Shown here piece by piece: positions 1 through 15,300 of a stretch of 64,000 bases of DNA (position 1 is its first letter; each line of letters starts with the position of its first letter). Source of the DNA: Antedon mediterranea. Its lineage: Eukaryota > Animalia > Echinodermata. Where the stretch lies: contig NC_092680.1 of NCBI RefSeq assembly GCF_964355755.1, positions 1-64,000 of the forward strand, given 5' to 3'. Under the pieces are notes generated by a model. It did not search any database. It had not been told where the DNA came from and saw only the letters and a program-made list of their open reading frames with translations. A program made the translations under genes and the position numbers.

Positions 1-3000
1 CTAACCCTAACCTACACCCTAACCCTAACTAACCCTACCCTACCCTAACCCTAACCCCTAACCCTAACCCTAACCCTAACCCTAACCCCTAACCCTAACC
101 CTAACCCTAACCCTAACCCTAACCCTAACCCTTAACCCTAACCCTAACCCTAACCCTAACCCTAACCCTAACCCTAACCCTAACCTTAACCCTAACCCTA
201 ACCCTAACCCTAACCCTAACCCTAACCCTCACCCTAACCCTAACCTAACCCTAACCCTAACCCTAACCCTACCCCTAACCTAACCCTAACCCTAACCCTA
301 ACCCTAACCCTACCCTAACCCTAACCCTAACCCTAACCCTAACCCACCCTACCCACCCCTAACCCCTAACCCCACCCTAACCCAACCCTACCCTAACCCT
401 AACCCTAACCCTAACCCTAACCCTAACCCTAACCCTAACCCTAACCCTAACCCTAACCCTAACCCTAACCCTAACCCTAACCCTAACCCTAACCCTAACC
501 CTAACCCTAACCCTAACCCTAACCCTAACCCTAACACCCTAACCCTAACCCTAACCCTAACCCTAACCCTAACCCTAACCCTAACCCTAACCCTAACCCT
601 AACCCTAACCCTAACCCTAACCCTAACCCTAACCCTAACCCTAACCCTAACCCTAACCCTAACCCTAACCCTAACCCTAACCCTAACCCTAACCCTAACC
701 CTAACCCTAACCCTAACCCTAACCCTAACCCTAACCCCTAACCCTAACCCTAACCCTAACCCTAACCCTAACCCTAACCCTAACCCTAACCCTAACCCTA
801 ACCCTAACCCTAACCCTAACCCTAACCCTAACCCTAACCCTAACCCCTAACCCTAACCCTAACCCTAACCCTAACCCTAACCCTAACCCTACATAACCAC
901 ACCCCTAACCCTAACCCTAACCCTAACCCTAACCCTACCCTAACCCTAACCCTAACCCTAACCCTAACCCTAACCCTAACCCTAACCCCTAACCCTAACC
1001 CTAACCCTAACCCTAACCCTAACCCTAACCCTAACCCTAACCCTAACCCTAACCCTAACCCTAACCCTAACCCTAACCCCTAACCCTAACCCTAACCCTA
1101 ACCCTAACCCTAACCCCTAACCCTAACCCTAACCCTAACCCTAACCCTAACCCTAACCCTAACCCCTAACCCTAACCCCTAACCCTAACCCTAACCCTAA
1201 CCCTAACCCTAACCCTAACCCCTAACCCTAACCCTAACCCTAACCCTAACCCTAACCCTAACCCTAACCCTAACCCTTACCCTAACCCTAACCCCTAACC
1301 CTAACCCTAACCCTAACCCTAACCCTAACCCTAACCCTAACCCTAACCCTAACCCTAACCCTAACCCTAACCCTAACCCTAACCCTAACCCTAACCCTAA
1401 CCCTAACCCTAACCCTAACCCTAACCCTAACCCTAACCCTAACCCTAACCCTAACCCCTAACCCTAACCCTAACCCTAACCCTAACCCTAACCCTAACCC
1501 TAACCCTAACCCTAACCCTAACCCTAACCCTAACCCTAACCCTAACCCTAACCCTAACCCCTAACCCCTAACCCTAACCCTAACCCTAACCCTAACCCTA
1601 ACCCTAACCCTAACCCTAACCCTAACCCTAACCCTAACCCTAACCCTAACCCCTAACCCTAACCCCTAACCCTAACCCTAACCCTAACCCTAACCCTAAC
1701 CCTAACCCTAACCCTAACCCCTAACCCTAACCCTAACCCTAACCCTAACCCAACCCTAACCCTAACCCTAACCCTTAACCCTAACCCTAACCCTAACCCT
1801 AACCCTAACCCTAACCCTAACCCTAACCCTAACCCTAACCCTAACCCCTAACCCTAACCCTAACCCCTAACCCCTAACCCTAACCCCTAACCCTAACCCT
1901 AACCCTAACCCTAACCCTAACCCTAACCCTAACCCTAACCCTAACCCTAACCCTAACCCTAACCCTAACCCTAACCCTAACCCTAACCCTAACCCTAACC
2001 CTAACCCTAACCCTAACCCTAACCCTAACCCTAACCCTAACCCTAACCCTAACCCTAACCCTAACCCTAACCCTAACCCTAACCCTAACCCTAACCCTAA
2101 CCCCTAACCCCTAACCCTAACCCCTAACCCCTAACCCTAACCCCTAACCCTAACCCTAACCCTAACCCCTAACCCTAACCCTAACCCTAACCCTAACCCT
2201 AACCCTAACCCTAACCCTAACCCTAACCCTAACCCTAACCCTAACCCTAACCCTAACCCTAACCCTAACCCTAACCCTAACCCTAACCCTAACCCTAACC
2301 CTAACCCTAACCCTAACCCTAACCCCTAACCCTAACCCTAACCCTAACCCCTAACCCTAACCCTAACCCTAACCCTAACCCTAACCCTAACCCTAACCCT
2401 AACCCTAACCCTAACCCTAACCCTAACCCTAACCCTAACCCTAACCCTAACCCTAACCCTAACCCTAACCCTAACCCTAACCCTAACCCTAACCCTAACC
2501 CTAACCCTAACCCTAACCCTAACCCTAACCCTAACCCTAACCCCTAACCCTAACCCTAACCCTAACCCTAACCCTAACCCTAACCCTAACCCTAACCCTA
2601 ACCCTAACCCTAACCCTAACCCTAACCCCTAACCCCTAACCCTAACCCTAACCCTAACCCTAACCCTAACCCTAACCCCTAACCCTAACCCTAACCCTAA
2701 CCCTAACCCCTAACCCTAACCCTAACCCTAACCCCTAACCCCTAACCCTAACCCTAACCCCCCTAACCCTAACCCTAACCCCTAACCCTAACCCTAACCC
2801 TAACCCTAACCCTAACCCTAACCCTAACCCTAACCCTAACCCCTAACCCTAACCCTAACCCTAACCCCTAACCCTAACCCTAACCCTAACCCTAACCCTA
2901 ACCCTAACCCTAACCCTAACCCTAACCCTAACCCTAACCCTAACCCTAACCCTAACCCTAACCCTAACCCTAACCCTAACCCTAACCCTAACCCTAACCC

Positions 3001-3492
3001 TAACCCTAACCCTAACCCTAACCCTAACCCTAACCCTAACCCTAACCCTAACCCTAACCCTAACCCTAACCCTAACCCTAACCCTAACCCTAACCCTAAC
3101 CCTAACCCTAACCCTAACCCTAACCCTAACCCTAACCCTAACCCTAACCCTAACCCTAACCCTAACCCTAACCCTAACCCTAACCCTAACCCTAACCCTA
3201 ACCCTAACCCTAACCCTAACCCTAACCCTAACCCTAACCCTAACCCTAACCCTAACCCTAACCCTAACCCTAACCCTAACCCTAACCCTAACCCTAACCC
3301 TAACCCTAACCCTAACCCTAACCCTAACCCTAACCCTAACCCTAACCCTAACCCTAACCCTAACCCTAACCCTAACCCTAACCCTAACCCTAACCCTAAC
3401 CCTAACCCTAACCCTAACCCTAACCCTAACCCTAACCCTAACCCTAACCCTAACCCTAACCCTAACACTAACACTAACCCTAACCCTAACCC
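1..3492 (+). repeat. Telomere, (CCCTAA)n, i.e. TTAGGG on the minus strand
   Basis: Continuous CCCTAA array from base 1, C-rich on + as expected for a left chromosome end. Two CACTAA variants lie near 3466-3477, just before the junction. Confidence 0.99.
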
Positions 3493-4869
3493 TTCCTAAT
3501 CATTCCAAGTAATTCCGAGTAGTTTCGAGTAGTTCCTAGTAGTTCTGAGTTGTTCAGAGAAGTTCCAAGAAGTTCCTAATATTTTTGAGTATTTCCGATT
3601 TGTTCCGAGTAGTTCCGAGAAGTTTCGAGAAGTTCCGAGAAGTTCCGAGTAGTTCCAAGAAGTTCCGATAAGTTCCGATAAGTTCCGATAAGTTCCGAGA
3701 AGTTCCGAGTATTTCCGAGTAGTTCCGAGTAGTTCCGAGTAGTTCCTAGTAGTTCTGAGTAGTTCCTAGTAGTTCCGAGTATTTCCGAGTCATTCCAAGT
3801 CATTCCGAGTAGTTCCGAGTAGTTCCGAGTAGTTCCTAGTAGTTCTGAGTAGTTCTGAGAAGTTCCAAGAAGTTCCGAATATTTCCGAGTATTTCCGATT
3901 TGTTCCGAGTAGTTCCGAGAAGTTCCGAGAAGTTCTGAATACTTACGAGAAGTTCCAAGTAGTTCCGAGAAGTTCCGAGTATTTCCGAGTAATTCCGAGT
4001 AGTTCCGATAAGTTCCGAGTTGTTCCGATAAGTTCCGAGTATTTCCGAGTATTTCCGAGTAGTTTCGAGTAGTTCCGAGTAGTTCCGAGTAGTTTCGAGT
4101 AGTTCCGAGTTGTTCCGATAAGTTCCGAGTAGTTCCGAGTAGTTCCGAGTAGTTCCTAGTAGTTCTGAGTAGTTCTGAGAATTTCCAAGAAGTTCTGAAT
4201 ATTTCCGAGTATTTCCGATTTGTTCCGAGTAGTCCGAGAAGTTCCGAGAAGTTCCGAGAAGTTCCGAGTAGTTCCGAGAAGTTCTGAGAAGTTCCGAGAA
4301 GTTCCGAGAAGTTCCGAGTATTTCCGAGTAATTCCGAGAAGTTCCGAGAAGTTCCGAGTATTTCCGAGTAATTCCGAGTAGTTACGAGTAGTTCCGATAA
4401 GTTCCGAGAAGTTCCGAGTAGTTCCGAGTAGTTCCGAGTAGTTCTGAGTAGTTCTGAGAAGTTCCAAGAAGTTCCGAATATTTCCGAGTATTTCCGATTT
4501 GTTCCGAGTAGTTCCGAGAAGTTCCGAGACGTTCCGAGTAGTTCCGAGAAGTTTCGAGAAGTTCCGATAAGTTCCGAGAAGTTCCGAGAAGTTCCGAGAA
4601 GTTCCAAGTAGTTCTGTTTAATCCCGATAAGTTCCGATAAGTTCCGAGAAGTTCCGAGTAGTTCCAAGTAGTTCCAAGTAGTTCTGTTTAATCCCGAGTA
4701 GTTCCGAGTATTTCTGAGTATTTCCGAGTATTTCCGAGAAGTTCCGAGAAGTTCCGAGAAGTTCAGAATAGTTCCGAGTAGTTCTGTTTAATCCCGAGTA
4801 GTTCCGAGTATTTCTGAGTATTTTCGAGTAGTTCCGAGTAGTGGCGAGAAGTTCCGAGAAGTTACGAGT
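3493..4869. repeat. Subtelomeric 10-bp satellite (AGTTCCGAGW), distal block
   Basis: Tandem agttccgagt/agttccgaga decamers with variants, directly abutting the telomere. Confidence 0.95.
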
Positions 4870-6598
4870 CTGTCTACATTGTCTTTCTGTCTGAACTGTC
4901 TAGACTGTCTGTCTCTCTGTCTAGAAACTGTCTAGACTGTCTGTCTGTCTAGACTGTCTGTCTGTCTGTCTGAACTGTCTAGACTGTCTGTCTGTCTGAA
5001 CTGTCTAGACTGTCTGTCTGTCTAGACTGTATGTCTGTCTGAACTGTCTAGACTGTCTGTCTGTCTGAACTGTCTAGACTGTCTGTCTGTCTAGACTGTA
5101 TGTCTGTCTGAACTGTCTAGACTGTCTGTCTGTCTAGACTGTCTGTCTGTCTAGACGGTCTGTCTGTCTGAACTGTCTAGACTGACTGTCTGTCTGTCTG
5201 TCTGAACTGTCTAGGCTGTTTTTTGTCTAGACTGTCCGTCTGTCTGAACTGTCTAGACTGTCTGTCTCTCTGTCTATAAACTGTCTAGACTGTCTGTCTG
5301 TCTAGACTGTCTGTCTGTCTGAACTGTCTAGACTGTCTGTCTGTCTAGACTCTCTGTCTGTCTGTTTGTCTGATCTGTCTAGGCTGTCTGTCTGTCTGTC
5401 TAGACTGTCTGTCGGTCTGAACTGTCTAGGCTGTCTGTCTGTCTAGACTGTCTGTCTGTGTGAACTGTCTAGACTGTCTGTCAGGTATAGACTCTGTCTG
5501 TCTGTCTGAACTGTCTAGACATAGACAGACAGATAGTCTAGACAAACAGACAGTCTAGACAGACAGACAGTCTAGACAGACAGATAGTTTAGACAGACAG
5601 TCTAGACAGACAGTCTAGACAGAAAGTCTAGACATACAGAAAGTCTAGACAGACAGAAAGTTTAGACAGACAGACAGTCTAGACAGACCGACAGTCTAGA
5701 CAGACAGACAGACAGTCTACACAGACCGTCTAGACAGACATTCTAGACAGTCTATACAGACAGACAGTCTATACAGACAGACAGTCTATACAGACAGACG
5801 GTCTATACAGACAGACGGTCTATACAGACAGACAGTCTAAACAGACACAGTCTAGACAGACAGACAGTCTAGACAGACAGACTGTCTAGACTGTCTGTCT
5901 AGTCAGACAGTCTAGACAGACAGTCTAGACAGACAGACTGTCTAGACTGTCTGTCTAGTCAGACAGTCTAGACAGACAGTCTAGACAGACAGTCAGTCTA
6001 GACAGACAGACAATCTAGACAGAGAGTCTAGACAGACAGACAGTCTAGACAGATAGACAGTCTAGATAGACAGACAGACAGTCTAGACAAACAGACAGTC
6101 TAGACAGACAGACTGTCTAGACAGACAGTCTATACAGACAGTCTAGACAGACAGTCTAGACAGACAGTCTAGACAGACAGTCTAGACAGACAGGCTAGAC
6201 AGACACGCTAGACAGATAGTCTAGACAGAAAGTCTAGACATACAGAAAGTCTAGACAGACAGAAAGTCTAGACATACAGAAAGTCTAGACAGACAGACAG
6301 TCTAGACAGACAGACAGTCTAGACAGACAGACAGTCTACACAGACAGACAGTCTACACAGACAGACAGTCTACACAGACAGTCTAGACAGACATTCTAGA
6401 CAGACAGTCTATACAGACAGACAGTCTATACAGACAGACGGTCTATACAGACAGACGGTCTATACAGACAGACAGTCTAGACAGACAGACAGTCTAGACA
6501 GACAGAAAGTCTAGACAGACAGACAGTCAGTCTAGGCAGACAGTCAGTCTAGGCAGACAGTCAGTCTAGACAGACAGTCAGTCTAGACAGACTGACAG
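4870..6598. repeat. Head-to-head GTCT/AGAC microsatellite punctuated by TCTAGA palindromes
   Basis: 4870-~5520 reads (tgtc)n-tctaga and ~5521-6598 reads (gaca)n-tctaga, so the orientation flips near 5520. Confidence 0.9.
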
Positions 6599-7603
<1,005 letters not shown>

Positions 7604-7690
7604 GAATTAAGCTTCCATAAAATGGCCTATTCAAAATCTGATTTTATTAATCTTTATTTTTTATGTTGTCGGGGGACAATACATCTTGAA
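7604..7690 (-). mobile_element. Terminal fragment of the TTAA-type MITE family also seen at 18797-18955
   Basis: The reverse complement (aagatgtattgtcccccgacaacataaaaaataaagat...) aligns with 18796 onward (aagatgtattgtcccccaaaaacatgaaaaatgaagat...). Confidence 0.55.
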
Positions 7691-8645
7691 CTAATATTGA
7701 ACACATTAAACTAAACTAACAAGATAACTTTTTGTTATTTTTTATATTAAGCTATTCTTCCAAGATGACAAATGCTCGAAGCGTGGTAGAAATACAAACA
7801 CGTTATTCAAACAAGTTCTAGATAATGTTGGAATGGTCAAGCCTTCATTAACAACTCGAAGGCCCCCTTATTTTGAATCGGCATTTATTTATCATATGCC
7901 ATCTACAACACTCTGTCTGAGTTAGAGATTAAATTTTTATATTATATTAAAGCATGGTCTCTCCATAAAAAATCCGTATTATACTAAATTTAAAAAAAAA
8001 TTAAATTCAATGGATGAATCACAAATTGGAGGCACATATATTTCATACACCAAAGAAAAATTACAAGTTTATGCAAACAATATTTAATTAAAAATGTATG
8101 ATTAGCATTAAAATCGTAATTTGACTTGTATTGTGATTATCTTGTCAAATCACCAAATAATTGAATCATATTTACAAAAGTCAATATATTTACAACATTT
8201 TTATACAATGCAATGCATATGGAAACTATTAATAAAGGAATAACACTATAAAATAAACCATATCGTTGGTATTCTTTCAATACTTTGTATCTTGACAGAA
8301 AATGATCTTACAGGAAGAAATTCAGAATTTTATATGTAATGAAATGAAACACTAATAGTAAAAAGATCAAATTAATTATTATTTTTAATTTGTTCACTTA
8401 CTGTAACTATTAATTATTATTATTTATTTTGTTATCTGTATACCAACATACATGGTATTGAATACAATTCCAAAAAAAATAAGTGTTTTCCAGGTAGGTA
8501 TATTTTATCATATATATTTAATAAACAAAACATGCCTGAAAGCATTTTCTGATGACTCAAATTGAGTATGTCATCAATGTCATTTTCTAATTTCATCTAT
8601 AAAGGCTTCAATTGTCATAAGGACTAACCAAGTCATCCAGTCATT

Positions 8646-9098
8646 TGGTGTGCCATCTAATGTTTAAATGAACTCTGTCTAACAGTACTGCCATCTGATG
8701 AAATGTGGTGTGCCATTGTATAAATGAACCCTGTCTAACAGTACTGCCATCTGATGAAACGTGGTGTGCCATCTAATGTATAAATGAACTCTGTCTAACA
8801 GTACTGCCATCTGATGAAATGTGGTGTGTCATTGTATAAATGAACTCTGTTTAACAGTACTGCCATCTGATGAAATGTGGTGTGCCTTTGTATAAATGAA
8901 CTCTGACTAACAGTACTGCCATCTGATGAAACGTGGTGTGCCATTGTATAAATGAACTGTGTCTATTCAGTACTGCCATCTGATGAAATGTGGTGTGCCA
9001 TCTAATGTATAAATGAACTCGGTCTAACAGTACTGCCATCTGATGAAATGTGGTGTGCCATTGTATAAATGAACTCTGTCTAACAGTACTGCCATCTG
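8646..9098. repeat. 56/59-bp minisatellite, probably in the HAUS6 3' UTR
   Basis: About 8 copies of ggtgtgccat(c)t(aat)gtataaatgaactctgtctaacagtactgccatctgatgaaatgt. Confidence 0.9.
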
Positions 9099-9356
9099 AC
9101 GAGGATGAGTGATCATATCATCTGTGCATCGGTACATCATTTTCCAGTTGGGATCTCGTCCATAAGTGATCTCTCTAATATTATAACATCTGAAGGACAA
9201 ATGAGTACACATCCAATCAATATTTTGTTTAAATATAGTCTTAATAATTAATTATATTTGTTGCAAGAAACTCTGAAATGTAATGCCAAATAATGGTTGA
9301 ATAATATCATACTTAATGAAATAATGGTGAATATCTTTATATTCGATGGTGATATC

Positions 9357-12300
9357 TCAAATGTCAATGAGCTGTCCAACCTTGGGTGACGTCATCTGAA
9401 TAATTGAGGAACTATCACTACCAGTTACTGGAGAGTGCATGTGGTTGATGGCAGGTTTATCATTCTCTTGCATTGATGATGACAACATTAAAATTGAATC
9501 ATCACCATCATCTATCAGCATCAAATTTAATAACGAAATATATAAATAACTAAAGCAGCATGTAAACATTTGTATGCTTTTTAAATTTTTGACAATAAAT
9601 TGAATCTTGTTCGTCTAGTATACACTATAAATTCAATATCGTTTTAACAATATTGATGTAAACCTCAGGCTGATGTGTGGTAGAACATTGAATGTTTTAT
9701 TGGGTACAATTATATAATCAGAGAAAAACAGAATAAATACATTTTATCCCACAGAAATGACTTCGGAATTCAAGTTTGTATACAAATTATTTTTTGTATG
9801 AAGATTTATCAATAATATACATAAATAAATATCTCAAACAGTTTCACTTTCACAAATTACAAATATAAACAAAAAAGATTTACCTAGAAGATCAAAATCA
9901 GAGCTTTTGTTCCATTCGTCATCATCAAAGAGGATTAACCGTTCATCTGCATCATCATGAAGACTGCTAGAAACTGAAGATTTTGTTAGGTGTATTGGCG
10001 ATTTGATGTCTGAATTCAGCTTTAACCTTTCTAGTAATGAAACAGTTGCATCATGCTTTGTGATATCAAATGGAGAATCATGATCAAGTATTTCCATTTC
10101 TCCATGTCTTTGTAAATTCACTGGTGTCATGCCAGGTGAGAAGTGATGCAAAACGTCCTCTACTGGTCTTAATTTATCCAAATCAAAACATTCATCTTCT
10201 GAAAAAATTAAACTTAAATTGTTCCTCTTTCCAGTTGATTTTACAAAGCTTAAAACTTGACTTTCATCTTTGTTGATTAACACATTAATGCTTTCTTGAC
10301 AATCGTCAGAGAAGTGAACACTCTTTTGCGAGTCACCACTAAGAGTCCGGTATTTCAATGTACTTTTTGTCACACTTTCATCAGATAATTCACTACTTCT
10401 AACTGACAACCTTGTTTGAGGATGATCATTTGCTATGATTCCATCAGATAAGTAACTGCCTGGTGATGATGAACTCCCCACAGGCATTTCACTAAATGAT
10501 TTCATTGATGAGGCATGCAGTTCGTTTTCAATCGACGGTGGGTTTTTTAACAAATTACTAGTATGCATACTCTCCGTAATGGGAGAATCTACAGAAATGT
10601 CCTTTCGTGCTTCCAGTCGCTGTCTTGATCTTAAAGGTAAAATCGGTGTTTTTGATGCAAAGATTTCTGAAAGATCACTTTGAAAATCATTTAGTCCTTC
10701 TGGAGTTGCTAAAAGTGGAGAATCTAATGCTTGTAATTCTAAATCTAATTTTGGATGAAACTCTTTTATTTTATCAACTTGAGGCATGGCCTGGGATTGA
10801 AAATTGATGGGCGATTCTTTATGACTGTAAATACTGCTATTCTGGACATCAATTAGCTTTTCTGTTGGCACATTCTTTTCTACAGGAAATTCTTTCGACA
10901 CAAATGTTTTTCCAGAAAACTTGGAGGAACCAAGTTTCTGAACATTCGGGGAATCCATTAAACTATCTACAAAATTAAAATGATTGTATATTATAATAAC
11001 ATAAATATTCTACTCTTGGGTAATGTCTGTTTGATCCCAAAAATACAGGCGAGACACGTATCTGCGACTACAGACACAGGTAATATCTCCAATATTCTCT
11101 ACTGCTTTTTTAGACATTTCAGCAGATGTTGAGGGTTGGTTATTTGTTTCTTGACTAATCATGTCCTGTATTTTTACTTGATTTGCACATAACATAAATA
11201 TTACACTCTTGGTAATGTCTGTTTGATCCCAAAAATACAGGTGAAAACTCAGTTTTAAATCAGTTTAGCACACACCCATAAAACCATGATAATTGTACAG
11301 TTAAAATTCAAAATCTGTTTTGAACACATAACCTTGGGATTAAAAGTGTCACTACCTCCATACATTGTAATTATAATATGTCAACTTACCATCAGATACA
11401 GTGTCACTACCTCCATACATTGTCATTATAATATGTCAACTTACCATCAGATACAGTGTCACTACCTCCATACATTGTCATTATAATATGTCAACTTACC
11501 ATCAGATACAGTGTCACTACCTCCATACATTGTCATTATAATATGTCAACTTACCATCAGATACAGTGTCACTACCTCCATACATTGTCATTATAATATG
11601 TCAACTTACTATCAGATACAGTGTCACTACCTCCATACATTGTCATTATAATATGTCAACTTACCATCAGATACAGTGTCACTACCTCCATACATTGTCA
11701 TTATAATATGTCAACTTACCATCAGATACAGTGTCACTACCTCCATACATTGTAATTATAATATGTCAACTTACCATCAGATACAGTGTCACTACCTCCA
11801 TACATTGTCATTATAATATGTCAACTTACCATCAGATACAGTGTCACTACCTCCATACATTGTCATTATAATATGTCAACTTACCATCAGATACAGTGTC
11901 ACTACCTCCATACATTGTCATTATAATATGTCAACTTACCATCAGATACAGTGTCACTACCTCCATACATTGTCATTATAGTATGTCAACTTACCATCAA
12001 AAAGCTTTTTAGTTGGCATCATTGAGTTCATATCATTATCTTCTTCCATTTTTTCAGTATTTTCTGGAGTTCGACTAAGTTTGTCTCTGGTAGTAAAGGG
12101 AGTTGTTGCTAATGCAGCCAGTGGGTCATCTAAGGCCAGTGGTGTATTGCCATCTTCAGCTGTTCCAGCCACAGCATTAGCAATCTATCACAATAAACAT
12201 TAATATCAATACAAGTGGCTAAATCCAATATCAAGATTACACTGAGAATATATCTTAGATTTTCAGGTTGTGTGAATTTACAATACAGTATGGAATACAT

Positions 12301-15300
12301 TTAAGGGCCTGTTTTTGTTGTCAAGAAAAACCATTTTTTTTTTTACAATGGTTTTAAAAAAACTTCTGGGGCACTAGAAATGGCACTGCTGACAAATTGT
12401 TTTTTTCTGATACAGCTAAAACACAATCATAGCCTTAAAACAATCACCAATAAAACAAAATTGGGTAGAAAATAGGCTGCAACATTATCATTGTTATAAC
12501 ACATTACTAAAACATTTTTAGCAGTATTGTATGTTATAAGAGAGCTACTGTATAACAATAAAAATATAATCACACACCTGCTCTGCAAGAATCAAATGAG
12601 CAGGAGCAGCAGCAGTTGACTTAGCTGTTGACATTACTGGTGTTCTATTATAAATTTCATGTCTTACAGCTGGTCTTCTTGCGCTCCCATCTGGTTTTCT
12701 GTTAATAGAAGCATTGAAGTCACTAATCTGTGTGGCAACTACAGTTGTTATGCTGTCCATATACACTGGATTGTCTTCAGCTATTTTTCTGATGTTCGTT
12801 GTTGCAGCTTTGATTGCGGTTTTTGGATGATGGTGGTTACGATGCTCTCTTTTTGGCTGTAATGCAGGATGAATGACACATTATTGCTTAAGTTAATGTT
12901 TTTTTTCATTATGATTGATGACTGCAGGTTACATTGGTTCCTGTTCAACAAAGTTCAAAATAATTTGTTTTAGTGAACATAAAAGATATGATATATCTTT
13001 GAACATGTCATGTACACAAACAAGAAAGACAAACAAAATTTGATTTTCTGAATATATCAAGCAGGCGGTCCGAGTTCAAGTCTCGGTTGGGGCGACTTTT
13101 TCTCATTCTCACAGATTTCCTCATCTTTATCGTTTCAAATTAATTAATTTAATTTCAGTATATCACCGGGCGGTTTCGAATTAATGTTCATTGCCTAATG
13201 TGTTTATATATATATGTATATCACCGGGCGGTTTAGAATTAATGTTCTTTGCCTGATTTGTTTATATATATATATGTATATACAGTATATCACAAATTCA
13301 AAATAATTACTACACTATTTCATTATTTCTGTCAACCTGGACTTAAATAAAGGTACTGTATTATCAAAGCATGCAATCAAAGGTGATATTCAAATGAGAT
13401 GATTATTGAAGGCTAAACCTTTTTCTTGAAGTCTGTATTAATCATGCCCTTTCTACTGTCTCTGTTAGCCTTCACTGTTTGGCTTCCGATTGTCTGATGC
13501 CAACTCTTACGATTTGATCCCTTTGGGGTTACCATATGCTGCTTTAGTGGTTGACAGTGGATTGGTGTTGACTGGGCCTTAGATGGTGCCGATTTTACTC
13601 TTTTTCTTTCTTCTATGCCACTACCCTCAACGGTTTTAATTGGTTTCGGAAGTTTAGAACTAAAAACAAAATAAAATTATTTTAAGTCTGCAAGGGCCAT
13701 CTTGGAAGTGGTCCAGCTGTATTCTAACCCTAACCCTAACAATATGGCTCTTTTTACATTGAATGTTAAAAACTAAATTTTAAAATAATTGTTACTTGTC
13801 AACTTTAGTTTCTACAATAAACAATATGGCTCTTTTTACATTGAATGATAAAATTTAAATTTTAAAATAATAAGTTAATAGTATTTTCAAACCCAATATT
13901 GGTCGTCAAGTGCTTGGCAGTGCTGACTGGTGTTCCTTGTTCTAGGCCTGCATGTTTCAAAGCCTCTTTATCAATTACACTTCTCAAAAGAGTAGTTGCT
14001 TCTGGTGTATCCACTACAAAACAAAGTTATATATATATATGGTAATGCCTTCTATAATCACATTTATTACACTGCTATGTACATAAGTTATATATATATA
14101 TATAGTATATATATGGTAATGCCTTCTATATATGGTAATGCCTTCTATATATGGTAATGCCTTCTATATATGGTAATGCCTTCTATAATATATGGTAATG
14201 CCTTCTATATATGGTAATGCCTTCTATATATGGTAATGCATTCTATATATGGTAAAGCCTTCTATAATGTAAATAACATTTATTACACTGCTATGTACAT
14301 AAGTTGACAATTTTAAAATCGTGTGTTTTTTTTACAATAAAACATAGAAATGAATAGCTATTCTTATACAATTTTGACCAATATTTACATTTATAACAGC
14401 CTTTTTTCATGAAATTATCTCATTTTTACAAGAAAATTGGTTCTGCCCCAATTTTAAAGAGCAAAAACGCCAAGATAATCATGAATGTTAATAAGCTTCA
14501 TAGATAACCACTGAAAAAATGTTTTAAGTCTGAAACAAGACAAATTATCAAAGTATTCTATTTTTTTAAATTAGGTTACATTGGTAAATTTTACTTTAAG
14601 CATTTATTTTCTCTTCATCAACATTAGTTGAAAAGGTGAACAATGATAGAAATGTAATTATTGGCTTTAAGAAGAAAGTATGCTTACAAATATCTGGGGA
14701 CCTTTGCAGCAGTCTACGTGCTAGTTCCTTTGGAGTACCATCTCTTAAAATTGTGTCTGGTTGAAATGATACTGGTGGTGTTGATGGTAGCAGAGTAAGA
14801 TTATCAAACTGAAAGATCAGTCAATTCAGCAATATTAGAAGACTTCAGAATATATACGAGCGGGTCAAACGACCGAGCGGTTAAGGCAGGGATGTCATTT
14901 ATTGTACCTAACTTGCTTTTAGTTTTGGTGGTGGAACAATTCTTTTCAGATAAGGACTTAACCACTGTTGTAATTTGAAAACATAATTTTACTTATGTAA
15001 CGGTTTTTTGACATGAGTATTTTTTTTTTTGTTTTTTTTTTTCAATTCTACCCACTTGTTTGTAGCACTTTTACATTGTTAATTGATTTTCTGTTGCTAT
15101 TTTTATCATTTTTTCATTGTTAAAACTTATATCCAAGTAAAGTGGTATGGGTCTGTGTGGTTAATTAAGCACCACTGACTTTAGGGAGATGAATAAGATC
15201 AGCTGATGAAAACACAACACACTAATATCAAATATAGGCCAAAAAACCCACAAATTTTAATGAATATGCCTGGATAGGCGTATCAAATTTACCAGAATTG

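Noticed and set aside
1-2870. Many CCCCTAA, CCTAA and CCCTA variants in the distal telomere
   Set aside because: Mostly homopolymer-length changes confined to the distal, probably low-coverage part, while the proximal ~600 bp is perfect. More likely read or consensus error than biology.
2836-3474. 212-aa poly-LG ORF
   Set aside because: Simple translation of TTAGGG repeats with a non-ATG start. No evidence of a gene.
12857-12940. Upstream acceptor at 12941 for HAUS6 exon 14
   Set aside because: It gives an in-frame stop after three codons. The acceptor ending at 12857 keeps the frame.
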